The position numbers and the translations under genes are program-made. Source: an uncultured delta proteobacterium (GTDB taxonomy: Bacteria > Desulfobacterota > WTBG01 > CAIYCZ01 > CAIRTM01). From it: 13,414 nucleotides of DNA. The notes beneath the pieces are model-generated. The model had not been told where the DNA came from. It did no database searches and was given only the letters and a program-made list of their open reading frames with translations. Each line of letters starts with the position of its first letter. Within the stretch, counting starts at the first letter, position 1. Shown here piece by piece: positions 1 to 5,926 of the stretch. Where the stretch lies: contig CAWDSQ010000033.1 of NCBI GenBank assembly GCA_963804955.1, forward strand, positions 1 to 13,414, given 5' to 3'.

Positions 1-77
1 TGCCGGGCATGGCACTTGTGCCCTTTATACCGCTTGATGACACCGGGGCCGCAGAAAATCAACAAACACCCGCATAG
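1..77 (+). CDS. 3' end of a membrane protein, probably an AmpG-like MFS transporter (partial, starts upstream of the window)
   Basis: Frame from nt 3 reads PGMALVPFIPLDDTGAAENQQTPA* (TAG 75-77). The longer homologous copy at 2616-2730 (VQQAVEYVNFFIIVAAMALP..) resembles the last TM helix of AmpG-like MFS permeases. Confidence 0.55.
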   Translation, partial: PGMALVPFIPLDDTGAAENQQTPA

Positions 78-85
78 AGGGTGGC

Positions 86-114
86 TTGATTTCGCCTTGA
101 AAGGGCGTAATCAA
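86..114 (+). terminator. Hairpin just after the stop codon; possible terminator or repeat unit
   Basis: TTGATT-T-CGCCTT-GAA-AGGGCG-T-AATCAA; one mismatch, one G-U pair; no U-tract on the + strand. Confidence 0.4.
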
Positions 115-121
115 AAACATT

Positions 122-184
122 AAGGGCGGGTGCCAACCCGCCGAAATTTATTTTAATGTGAATGGCGAGTTGGCACCCGCCCTT
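122..184. repeat. Inverted REP-like doublet
   Basis: AAGGGCGGGTGCCAACCCGCC (122-142) and GGCGAGTTGGCACCCGCCCTT (164-184) are reverse complements with 1 mismatch; each unit is itself a hairpin (GGCGGG-N6-CCCGCC). Confidence 0.8.
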
Positions 185-284
185 CGGGACTATGCCCTGT
201 TGGGTCTTGATATCCTTATCCTCAGAATCGGCAATCGTAAGGATATTTAAAAAGGAGAAATCTAATTAGGGCTTGCAAGGGGAA

Positions 285-330
285 GCCGAAAGGAGAAAAG
301 GGGGCAGATGCCCCCTTTTCTCCTTTCGGC
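285..330. repeat. Perfect 22-bp inverted repeat with a 2-nt loop
   Basis: GCCGAAAGGAGAAAAGGGGGCA-GA-TGCCCCCTTTTCTCCTTTCGGC. Confidence 0.9.
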
Positions 331-391
331 GCTGGAGGCTTCGTGATAAAACCGCGCAGTGCCGATTTGTTTGTGTTCATGTCGCAATATT

Positions 392-416
392 GAAATTACC
401 CTGATATGGTAATTTC
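392..416. promoter_or_regulatory. Dyad GAAATTACC-N7-GGTAATTTC, candidate protein-binding site
   Basis: Perfect 9-bp arms with a 7-bp spacer in the AT-rich region upstream of the attI-like site. Confidence 0.45.
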
Positions 417-466
417 GCATAATATTAATATTACATACCTTTTATGAAACCAACAATATAAAAGAA

Positions 467-495
467 TTGACAATCACAATAAATTAAAATATTTT
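467..495 (+). promoter_or_regulatory. Sigma70-type promoter facing the cassettes (Pc-like)
   Basis: TTGACA (467-472), 17 bp, TATTTT (490-495); about 55 bp upstream of the GTT crossover point. Confidence 0.55.
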
Positions 496-533
496 TTAAC
501 CATTGCAATTTATCCAACCCACAAAAAACACCT

Positions 534-556
534 TTTCGCATATTAACTTGTTGGGC
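534..556 (+). other. attI-like integron recombination site (crossover G550|T551)
   Basis: GTTGGGC (550-556) fits GTTRRRY and is the exact complement of the attC R'' GCCCAAC. No attC hairpin precedes it, and the upstream DNA is AT-rich with TTTCGCATA repeated at 413-421 and 534-542. Confidence 0.55.
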
Positions 557-1613
557 CAAAGGATCACGAATGAAAATGAGTAAGGCTATTCTGACCGTTG
601 CGATTGTCTGCGGGTCACTCATCGCAGTGTGTCTTCAATTCGATTTCATATTTCGCAACTACGGACGCAACTACGTCATAAACGAAGACTACAATAGGCA
701 TATCTCCAGGGTTCTTGGTACAGCCGGCGCACCATCCCGATACAGAATTCTCACGACTTGTCTCCAGGAGGCATTCCTGCGAGTCTCTCCAATTCAGTCC
801 GGCAATTCCTATGAAATCAACTCTTTCATCTTCAGGTTGTTGCAGAATGCAGCACTTCTTCTTGTTGCCTGGGCCTACTTCCGGTCTCTTGACATTGGGG
901 TTGCATCATCCATCCTCGGTCTCGGACTGCTCGTCTACGGCATGAACGCCGCCTTCTGGCAATCCGATCTGTCGTGTTACACTTATACGCAACTCATACT
1001 GTTGCTCCTCGCAGGCTTGCTGATCAACTGCAAGCGGCCTGCTATGGAGATCTTGATACTTCCGTTGACAATACTTGGGACACTCAACAGAGAGGAGACA
1101 GTTTTTTTTCCAATCATGCTTCTTGTTGCCCGCGCATCACCTACGTGGCCCTGGGTTCCACAGAAACGAACCCTGGCCATTGGAGTTCTGTCGCTTGTAT
1201 TGTTTGTTGCAGTGTATGCAGCAGTTCATCACTTTATTAGCCCAGCCCCGTATAGTCGTGGGAGGTATGGAGTCCCCCCTGGCTTGGAAAACCTCTACTT
1301 CAATATACTCAACAGGAGGACATGGCTTGGACTCGCGCAGATGTACTCGCTCCTGCCCCTCGCGTTGTTGCTTTGGAGATACTGGCCTGCTGTGCTTCAC
1401 CGCTACCTGTTTGCAGTAGGCATCCCTTGGCTCGGTGCCCAGTTTGTCTTTGGTGCCGCGGACGAGACTCGGCTTTTCCTCGGCCCATTGGCGCTGATTT
1501 TCATTCCGGCCGCCCTAGCCGCTATCAACGGAACACGGAAGGCCCAACAAAAGAATCCACCCGACTGCCTGCAGCGCGCCGAGCGCGCTTCCGGCAGCGG
1601 GTGATTCGCTGCG
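551..1613 (+). mobile_element. Integron gene cassette (single promoterless ORF plus attC)
   Basis: Bounded by G|TTGGGC at 550/551 and G|TTGGGC at 1613/1614; ORF starts 19 nt after the crossover; excision would rebuild a perfect GCCCAAC...GTTGGGC attC. Confidence 0.85.
570..1604 (+). CDS. Multi-pass membrane protein, possibly GT-C-fold glycosyltransferase-like (cassette gene)
   Basis: 344 aa with many hydrophobic segments and polar loop motifs (RYRIL, WQSDLS, LNREET, DETRLF); its last ~20 codons run through attC. Function is inference. Confidence 0.75.
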   Translation: MKMSKAILTVAIVCGSLIAVCLQFDFIFRNYGRNYVINEDYNRHISRVLGTAGAPSRYRILTTCLQEAFLRVSPIQSGNSYEINSFIFRLLQNAALLLVAWAYFRSLDIGVASSILGLGLLVYGMNAAFWQSDLSCYTYTQLILLLLAGLLINCKRPAMEILILPLTILGTLNREETVFFPIMLLVARASPTWPWVPQKRTLAIGVLSLVLFVAVYAAVHHFISPAPYSRGRYGVPPGLENLYFNILNRRTWLGLAQMYSLLPLALLLWRYWPAVLHRYLFAVGIPWLGAQFVFGAADETRLFLGPLALIFIPAALAAINGTRKAQQKNPPDCLQRAERASGSG

Positions 1614-1619
1614 TTGGGC
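1542..1619 (+). other. attC site (78 bp)
   Basis: R'' GCCCAAC, spacer, GAATC[C]ACCCG[A]CTGCC..AGCGCGC-CGA-GCGCGCT..GGCAG-CGGGT-GATTC, spacer, R' GTTGGGC. The two unpaired top-strand bases C and A give the canonical extrahelical G and T on the bottom strand. Confidence 0.93.
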
Positions 1620-1629
1620 GAAAGAATAC

Positions 1630-1812
1630 ATGAAATATCCACCATCGAAAGCACTGCGGATATATCACCAGACCTTCAATCGTGCTGAGTCAATGCTCAA
1701 CGCCTTAAAGGGCTTGCTCGATGCATTGTCTCCGAACCCGCGTCCTGCGCATTGGACATACAACGGCATGCCGCGCTTCGCCGACATGGGAAGAGCCGTG
1801 GTAGCTGGTTGA
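1630..1812 (+). pseudogene. 5' fragment of a second cassette gene, apparently truncated
   Basis: ATG 16 nt after the attC crossover; 60 aa ending DMGRAVVAG*; no attC recognisable downstream before hicB. Confidence 0.55.
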
Positions 1813-2008
1813 ACAAAGTGAAACGTGCCCACCAAACTCCAGAATGCAAAAAAAAACAGGTTCAGGTCTACGCTTGACTTATGGGTAGATACGGGGGCTA
1901 GGTTCATTAAAATTAATCGACTAGAGGGGACAGCAGCGTCCTTTATTGGTAGCCTTCAGCGAAACGGTGAAGAAAGCAGCGCCATGGTAAATCTGCTGAC
2001 TTGCTTTT

Positions 2009-2332
2009 TTACAGCCGCGATAGCAGAAACTGATTCATCGATACACCTGCTTCAGCGGATTTTATGGCAAGCTCGCGATGCTTCTCCGGCGGTATCCTCA
2101 GTGTAAGATGCCCTTTGTATTTCCGCAGGCTCAATGGCTCCGGCACCGGCTCTTTTTCCTCCTGCATCCAGGCAATGGAGGCAGCCACCACGGCCCTGAT
2201 TTCCTTTAGCGCCTTGTCCGCTGTTTTTCCGTGAGCCCCGAGTGACGGAAACTCAAGACACCGGGCCACGTGGCATTTGTCTTCATCAGACCATTCAATA
2301 CGGTACGTGTATTTATCAATCACCGAGTTCAT
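2009..2332 (-). CDS. hicB: HicB-family antitoxin
   Basis: N-terminal YTYRIEWSDED..VARCLEFPSLGAHGKT..AL fold plus C-terminal RHH (YKGHLTLRIPPEKHRELAIKSAEAGVSMNQ); overlaps the hicA stop by 1 nt. Confidence 0.92.
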   Translation of the reverse strand: MNSVIDKYTYRIEWSDEDKCHVARCLEFPSLGAHGKTADKALKEIRAVVAASIAWMQEEKEPVPEPLSLRKYKGHLTLRIPPEKHRELAIKSAEAGVSMNQFLLSRL

Positions 2333-2565
2333 CAGGTTTCCTCCTGCAATTTTTTAATGGCTTTGAGCACGTCGCGGACCTGATACGGCTTTGCCTTGCT
2401 GCCGTCACGCTGCAGGTTCAAGCGTGGGTCACCCTGCCACGGAATTTTAAATATGTGGTGGCTGCCGCTTATACGCGGTTTTCCAAAATACCGCTGGCAG
2501 ATTGTCAGCAGATCTGCAAAGCGCACATTATTTGGATTTGCCAGCAGTTTTGCCTCTTCTTTCAT
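2332..2565 (-). CDS. hicA: HicA-family toxin (mRNA interferase)
   Basis: 77 aa basic protein with NVRFADL..GSHHIF..LNLQ..KAKPYQV; lies upstream of hicB. Confidence 0.9.
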   Translation of the reverse strand: MKEEAKLLANPNNVRFADLLTICQRYFGKPRISGSHHIFKIPWQGDPRLNLQRDGSKAKPYQVRDVLKAIKKLQEET

Positions 2566-2574
2566 ATAGTAAAA

Positions 2575-2603
2575 ATGATAGCATATGCGCTATCGGCTGT
2601 CAA
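2575..2603 (-). promoter_or_regulatory. hicAB promoter with overlapping palindromic operator
   Basis: Minus strand TTGACA (2603-2598), 17 bp, TATCAT (2580-2575); GATAGC-N6-GCTATC dyad at 2577-2594. Confidence 0.8.
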
Positions 2604-2615
2604 CGGCCTGCGCAA

Positions 2616-2730
2616 GTGCAGCAGGCCGTGGAATATGTGAACTTTTTCATCATCGTTGCTGCCATGGCCCTGCCGTGCATGGCCTTTGTGCCCTTTATTT
2701 CTTTAGACGACAATGTTGCAGCAAAAAAAC
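2616..2730 (+). pseudogene. Orphan diverged copy of the 3' end of the gene ending at nt 77
   Basis: 2671-2730 aligns ungapped to 1-60 (44/60 identical by hand count, 25 of the first 28); LPCMAFVPFISLDDNVAA vs (L)PGMALVPFIPLDDTGAA; no room for a 5' part because hicA lies upstream. Confidence 0.8.
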
Positions 2731-2760
2731 TTAATATATTCGCCTCGGCGGAACGCCCCA

Positions 2761-2795
2761 CCCTGAACCCTGAACCCCGTCCCCCGATCCCTGCC
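2761..2795. repeat. Short tandem heptamer repeat (5 imperfect units)
   Basis: CCCTGAA CCCTGAA CCCCGTC CCCCGAT CCCTGCC. Confidence 0.65.
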
Positions 2796-2907
2796 AGTGC
2801 GGCCGCGAGGCTGCCTACAGGGTCACACATTAAAGGTTCCTTGACCATGTTTTTTCTAAAGCTTGTTGCCCCTGTGCATTAATTTTCTCGTTGGCATAGC
2901 AATTTAA

Positions 2908-2959
2908 TTGAAAATCCATATCGATCGTGCTATTGTAATACGAAAATAATCGATGGAGG
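2908..2959 (+). promoter_or_regulatory. vapBC promoter, candidate operator and RBS
   Basis: TTGAAA (2908-2913), 17 bp, TATTGT (2931-2936) with extended -10 TG at 2928-2929; ATCGAT palindromes at 2920-2925 and 2949-2954; GGAGG at 2955-2959. Confidence 0.65.
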
Positions 2960-2966
2960 TTTTGAC

Positions 2967-3173
2967 ATGCAATCAGTAACCGTATCACCAAAATTTCAAG
3001 TTGTTATACCAAAAACCGTACGAGAGTCCATGCATCTCCGCCCCGGACAAAAAATGCAGGTTGTAGAATATGCCGGACGTATCGAGCTTATACCGGAACG
3101 CGATATAAAAGAACTCCGTGGATTCCTCAAAGGCATTAATACCGAATTCAAACGAGAGAAAGATAGAATATGA
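2967..3173 (+). CDS. vapB: AbrB/MazE/SpoVT-family antitoxin (VapB-type)
   Basis: VTVSPKFQVVIPKTVRESMHLRPGQKM swapped-hairpin signature; ATGA overlap with the PIN gene. Confidence 0.9.
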   Translation: MQSVTVSPKFQVVIPKTVRESMHLRPGQKMQVVEYAGRIELIPERDIKELRGFLKGINTEFKREKDRI

Positions 3174-3544
3174 ATATCGTAGATTCTTCCGGCTGGCTTG
3201 CATACTTCGCAGATGAGCCTAATTCACGGCATTTCTTGGCCCCGTTGCATGATTCAACATCGCTTATTGTACCAACAATAACGATATATGAGGTTTTTAA
3301 GGTGATTCACCGAGAGTCAACCGAAAATGAAGCCCTGCAGGCGGTTGTTGCTATGCAAAAAGGAACAGTTGTGGATTTAAAAGCACCACTGGCCATCGCT
3401 GCTTCAAAGCTGAGCCTGGAGTATAATCTTCCAATGGCAGACAGTATTCTTCTCGCAACGGCGCAGGAATGTAATGCCGTAATCTGGACCCAGGATTCGG
3501 ATTTTAAAAATATAATCAACGCGAAGTACTTTCCAAAAAAATAA
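3170..3544 (+). CDS. vapC: PIN-domain toxin VapC
   Basis: Conserved acidic residues in IVDSSGW, IYEV, MADSILLA and WTQDSDF; 124 aa. Confidence 0.92.
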   Translation: MNIVDSSGWLAYFADEPNSRHFLAPLHDSTSLIVPTITIYEVFKVIHRESTENEALQAVVAMQKGTVVDLKAPLAIAASKLSLEYNLPMADSILLATAQECNAVIWTQDSDFKNIINAKYFPKK

Positions 3545-3546
3545 GC

Positions 3547-3604
3547 AGGGGCCAAATCACTTCAGCCGACCGCTTGCAGCGGCGGCAGACCTTTAGCGTT
3601 CGAG
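3547..3604 (+). other. Degenerate attC-like site after vapC
   Basis: AAATCACTTCAGCCG[A]CCGCT-TGC-AGCGG-CGGCAGA..C-GTTCGAG: central stem with a bulged A and a terminal GTT, but the R'' AAC reads GCC and the L boxes mispair. Confidence 0.6.
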
Positions 3605-3670
3605 CGGACGGGCGTCATGCTCACGCCCCGAGCACACAAAACCCCGCCTCCTCCTAAACCCTGCTCGCCC

Positions 3671-4947
3671 CTATCCCTGCCAGTTCGGCCGGGTGGCGGT
3701 CCACCGGGCTATCTCATCCTGCAGCCAGCCGTTAAGTCCCCGGGCAAGATAGAACCGCGGCAGCAGAAGATCATCATCAGCAGCAATAACTCCGTCAGAA
3801 ACCGCTATGCGGGCAAGCCCGGTATCGGGATAGATGCGGATGCCTGCGGTGAGCTTTAAAAAATCAAGGGGGAAGGAATCCGCAAAGGCAAGGCTCTCAA
3901 GTACGGTATTCGCGCGTTTCGCCCGGCCCGCCCAGCAGCAGATAGCCATTGAGCTTAATGCAATGCTTTTTAAAAAGCTCTGCCGCCTGCCGCACATCAT
4001 CAGGAGAAAATCGCTTGCGCATGTTTTTGAGTATTGCCGGGCTGCCGCTTTCAAAACCCAGGGCCACTTCGACGCAGCCTGCCCGGGCCATGTCGGCAAC
4101 CAGAGCTTCATCAATTTTATACGGATAGACTATGCAGGTCCATTGCACCTCAAGCGCTGCATCGATAAAAGCCCGGCACAGGTCGCGGGCATAATCCGCA
4201 GGAAGGTTGAATGTATTGTCTGTGCAGTAGAAACGCTTAAATCCTGCTTCCACCTGGCGGCGGATATGGGCTGCCACAGCCTGCGGGTCGCGCTTGCGAA
4301 GAGCCGTGCCTTCAATGCTGGCTGTTGAGCAGTAGCTGCATGCAAGGGGGCAGCCGCGCCGTGTCTGAAACGGCAGCCAGATATCCTGCCGCCCCTCCAT
4401 CGGGGCAGGGCCAGAGAGCCGGATCGGGCTGGGGGAGCTTGTTCAGGTCAAGGATGGAGCAGATTTTTTTAAACGGAGAACGGCCCTTGACATACACGCC
4501 CTTGATCATGGCAACATCGACACCCATGCGCAGATGGTCGAGCACAGCGGGCAGCGCTGCCTCGCCATCGCCCTTGATGCCGATATCGCCGTCAAGCCAT
4601 TCAAGCAGCAGCTCCGGATACATGCTGTAGCCTGCCCCGCCAAGAATTATGGGGGCCTTTGAAAGCCTGCGGCAACTCGCGACAATCGATTGAAGCGGAT
4701 CAAGAAGAAACCGGGTTTCACGCATGCTCTGATCGTCGATATTGCGCACCGATATTCCGATGGCATCAGGGGCAAAAGCAACAATTGCCTCTTTCGCTGC
4801 CTGTGCGGCATTGCTGCCGGCAGTACTATCCAGTATGCGCACCTCATGGCCATCCCGCTGCACAGCCGTTGCAACGCTGACAAGGCCGAGGGGCAATGTC
4901 GGCATAATCAGATCGGGCATGGAAAGGGAAATAAATAAAACTTTCAT
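3671..4947 (-). pseudogene. Cobalamin-binding radical SAM protein, split by two frameshifts (real or sequencing error)
   Basis: B12-binding N-terminus (PLGLVSVATAV..PDAIGISVRNID..ILGGAGYS), QTRRGCPLACSYC (CxxxCxxC), YCTDNTFN, LGFESGS, LLGGPGET, GIRIYPDT. Frame changes near 4400 and 3908; ATG 4947 (MKVLFISL) is the likely start. Confidence 0.85.
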
Positions 4948-5048
4948 ATGTTTTTTATATACCATGAAGATATGATGCTTTACATTATTTTTACCCGGCA
5001 AACAATATTTGACATCCCCTGCCGCCTGGGTTAATACATTATTACTGA

Positions 5049-5104
5049 TTCGTTCCCGAACGAAAAGCCGTTTTTTAGAAATTGAATTAATCCGCCGCGG
5101 CGGA
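5049..5104. repeat. Two short palindromes in the divergent intergenic region
   Basis: TTCGTTC-CC-GAACGAA (5049-5064) and the perfect 14-mer TCCGCCGCGGCGGA (5091-5104). Confidence 0.6.
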
Positions 5105-5187
5105 GATACTAAAAAATACTTGGCTTAGTACAGCGCCCCATAAACAAGGCGACGCTATTAATTTGATATAAAAAAATACGCCTATTT

Positions 5188-5270
5188 AATCCCCCTTTGG
5201 AAAAGGGGGATACAGGGGGATTTTTAGCATCCTGACAAATCCCCCTACCCCCTTTGCTAAAGGGGGAATT
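5188..5270. repeat. Inverted pair of CCCCCTTT-N-AAAGGGGG REP/MITE-like units
   Basis: ATCCCCCTTTGGAAAAGGGGGATACAGGGGGATTT ... AAATCCCCCTACCCCCTTTGCTAAAGGGGGAATT. Confidence 0.8.
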
Positions 5271-5309
5271 TTTTCGCCCCCTCTTGTGTGGAGTTTTGTA
5301 CTTAGTTTT

Positions 5310-5412
5310 TTTGTTGGGTTAAGCCCGAAAGAAACCGTTGGGTTTCGTACCTCAACCCAACCAAAATTAAATACTTGAAAAGAAGCATCTACATAAGGGC
5401 GAACCCAACAAA
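5310..5412. repeat. Nested GTTGGGTT/AACCCAAC REP-like element
   Basis: Outer arms TTTGTTGGGTTAAGCCC and GGGCGAACCCAACAAA; inner hairpin GTTGGGTTTCGTACCTCAACCCAAC (5337-5361). Confidence 0.75.
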
Positions 5413-5469
5413 TCCATGGCTTAGGGTTTGCATTCAGCAACTAATTCCGCTTTCAGAGATACAGCACCT

Positions 5470-5877
5470 ATGAAAGAAATTCTTTTTCTGCACCCGGTCG
5501 GTCAGTCATTTGCTTTTGCCTGCGGACTGTTCAACCTGATTACCGGCCTGACGCGCAAAATGTTCAATATATCCATTCATATCAATTGCGGGGCAATATA
5601 TTATTTCACCACGCTGCTGGGCGCAGGGCTGGGTATTGTCGCAACAAAATGGGCGAACAAAAATGGTATTCCCATCGATATGGAGGTGCATGAAATGTCA
5701 GCCATGGTCATGGCGCTGCTGCTTGCCATGGGCGCTACAACCGGCCTTGCCATGCTGGCAAAACGCGAAAAGCGAGCCGTGCTGCTGAAATATCACCGCT
5801 GGATAAATATCCTGAGCATTGCCCTTTTCTGCGCGCAGGGAGTAACCGGCATGGCCCAGCTTATAAAGCTCATGTGA
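5470..5877 (+). CDS. Small four-TM membrane protein with His-bearing helices (DUF4079/cytochrome b561-like)
   Basis: 135 aa from ATG 5470; four hydrophobic helices, each with a His (LHP, IHINCG, VHE, YHRWIN). Confidence 0.65.
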   Translation: MKEILFLHPVGQSFAFACGLFNLITGLTRKMFNISIHINCGAIYYFTTLLGAGLGIVATKWANKNGIPIDMEVHEMSAMVMALLLAMGATTGLAMLAKREKRAVLLKYHRWINILSIALFCAQGVTGMAQLIKLM

Positions 5878-5926
5878 CACCGCAGGCCCTGTTTCACAAA
5901 ACCCCATTATTCCATACACATCACCT

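Noticed and set aside
412..439. dif/pdif site (ATTTCGCATAA resembles a XerC arm)
   Set aside because: No TTATGTTAAAT-like XerD arm follows at a 6- or 8-bp spacing.
78..560. Intact integron integrase gene
   Set aside because: No ORF of adequate length and no tyrosine-recombinase motifs on either strand.
1950..2620. hicAB as an integron cassette
   Set aside because: No attC-like RYYYAAC...GTTRRRY hairpin recognised on either side.
2502..2882. 126-aa ORF as a real gene
   Set aside because: It is a chimera of hicA antisense and promoter, the duplicated gene end and the heptamer repeat.
3671..4947. Radical SAM gene as the missing epmB
   Set aside because: It has an N-terminal B12-binding domain and lacks KamA/EpmB PLP-dependent features.
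5009..5040. Confident sigma70 promoter at TTGACA 5009
   Set aside because: No good -10 at 16-18 bp spacing (TAATAC at 17 bp lacks the final T).
5188..5412. CRISPR array
   Set aside because: The repeats are inverted, heterogeneous and irregularly spaced; no cas genes.
5186..5440. 84-aa minus-strand ORF
   Set aside because: It is a translation of REP-like repeats (IPPLAKG, PLYPPFPKG, GWVEVRNPT).
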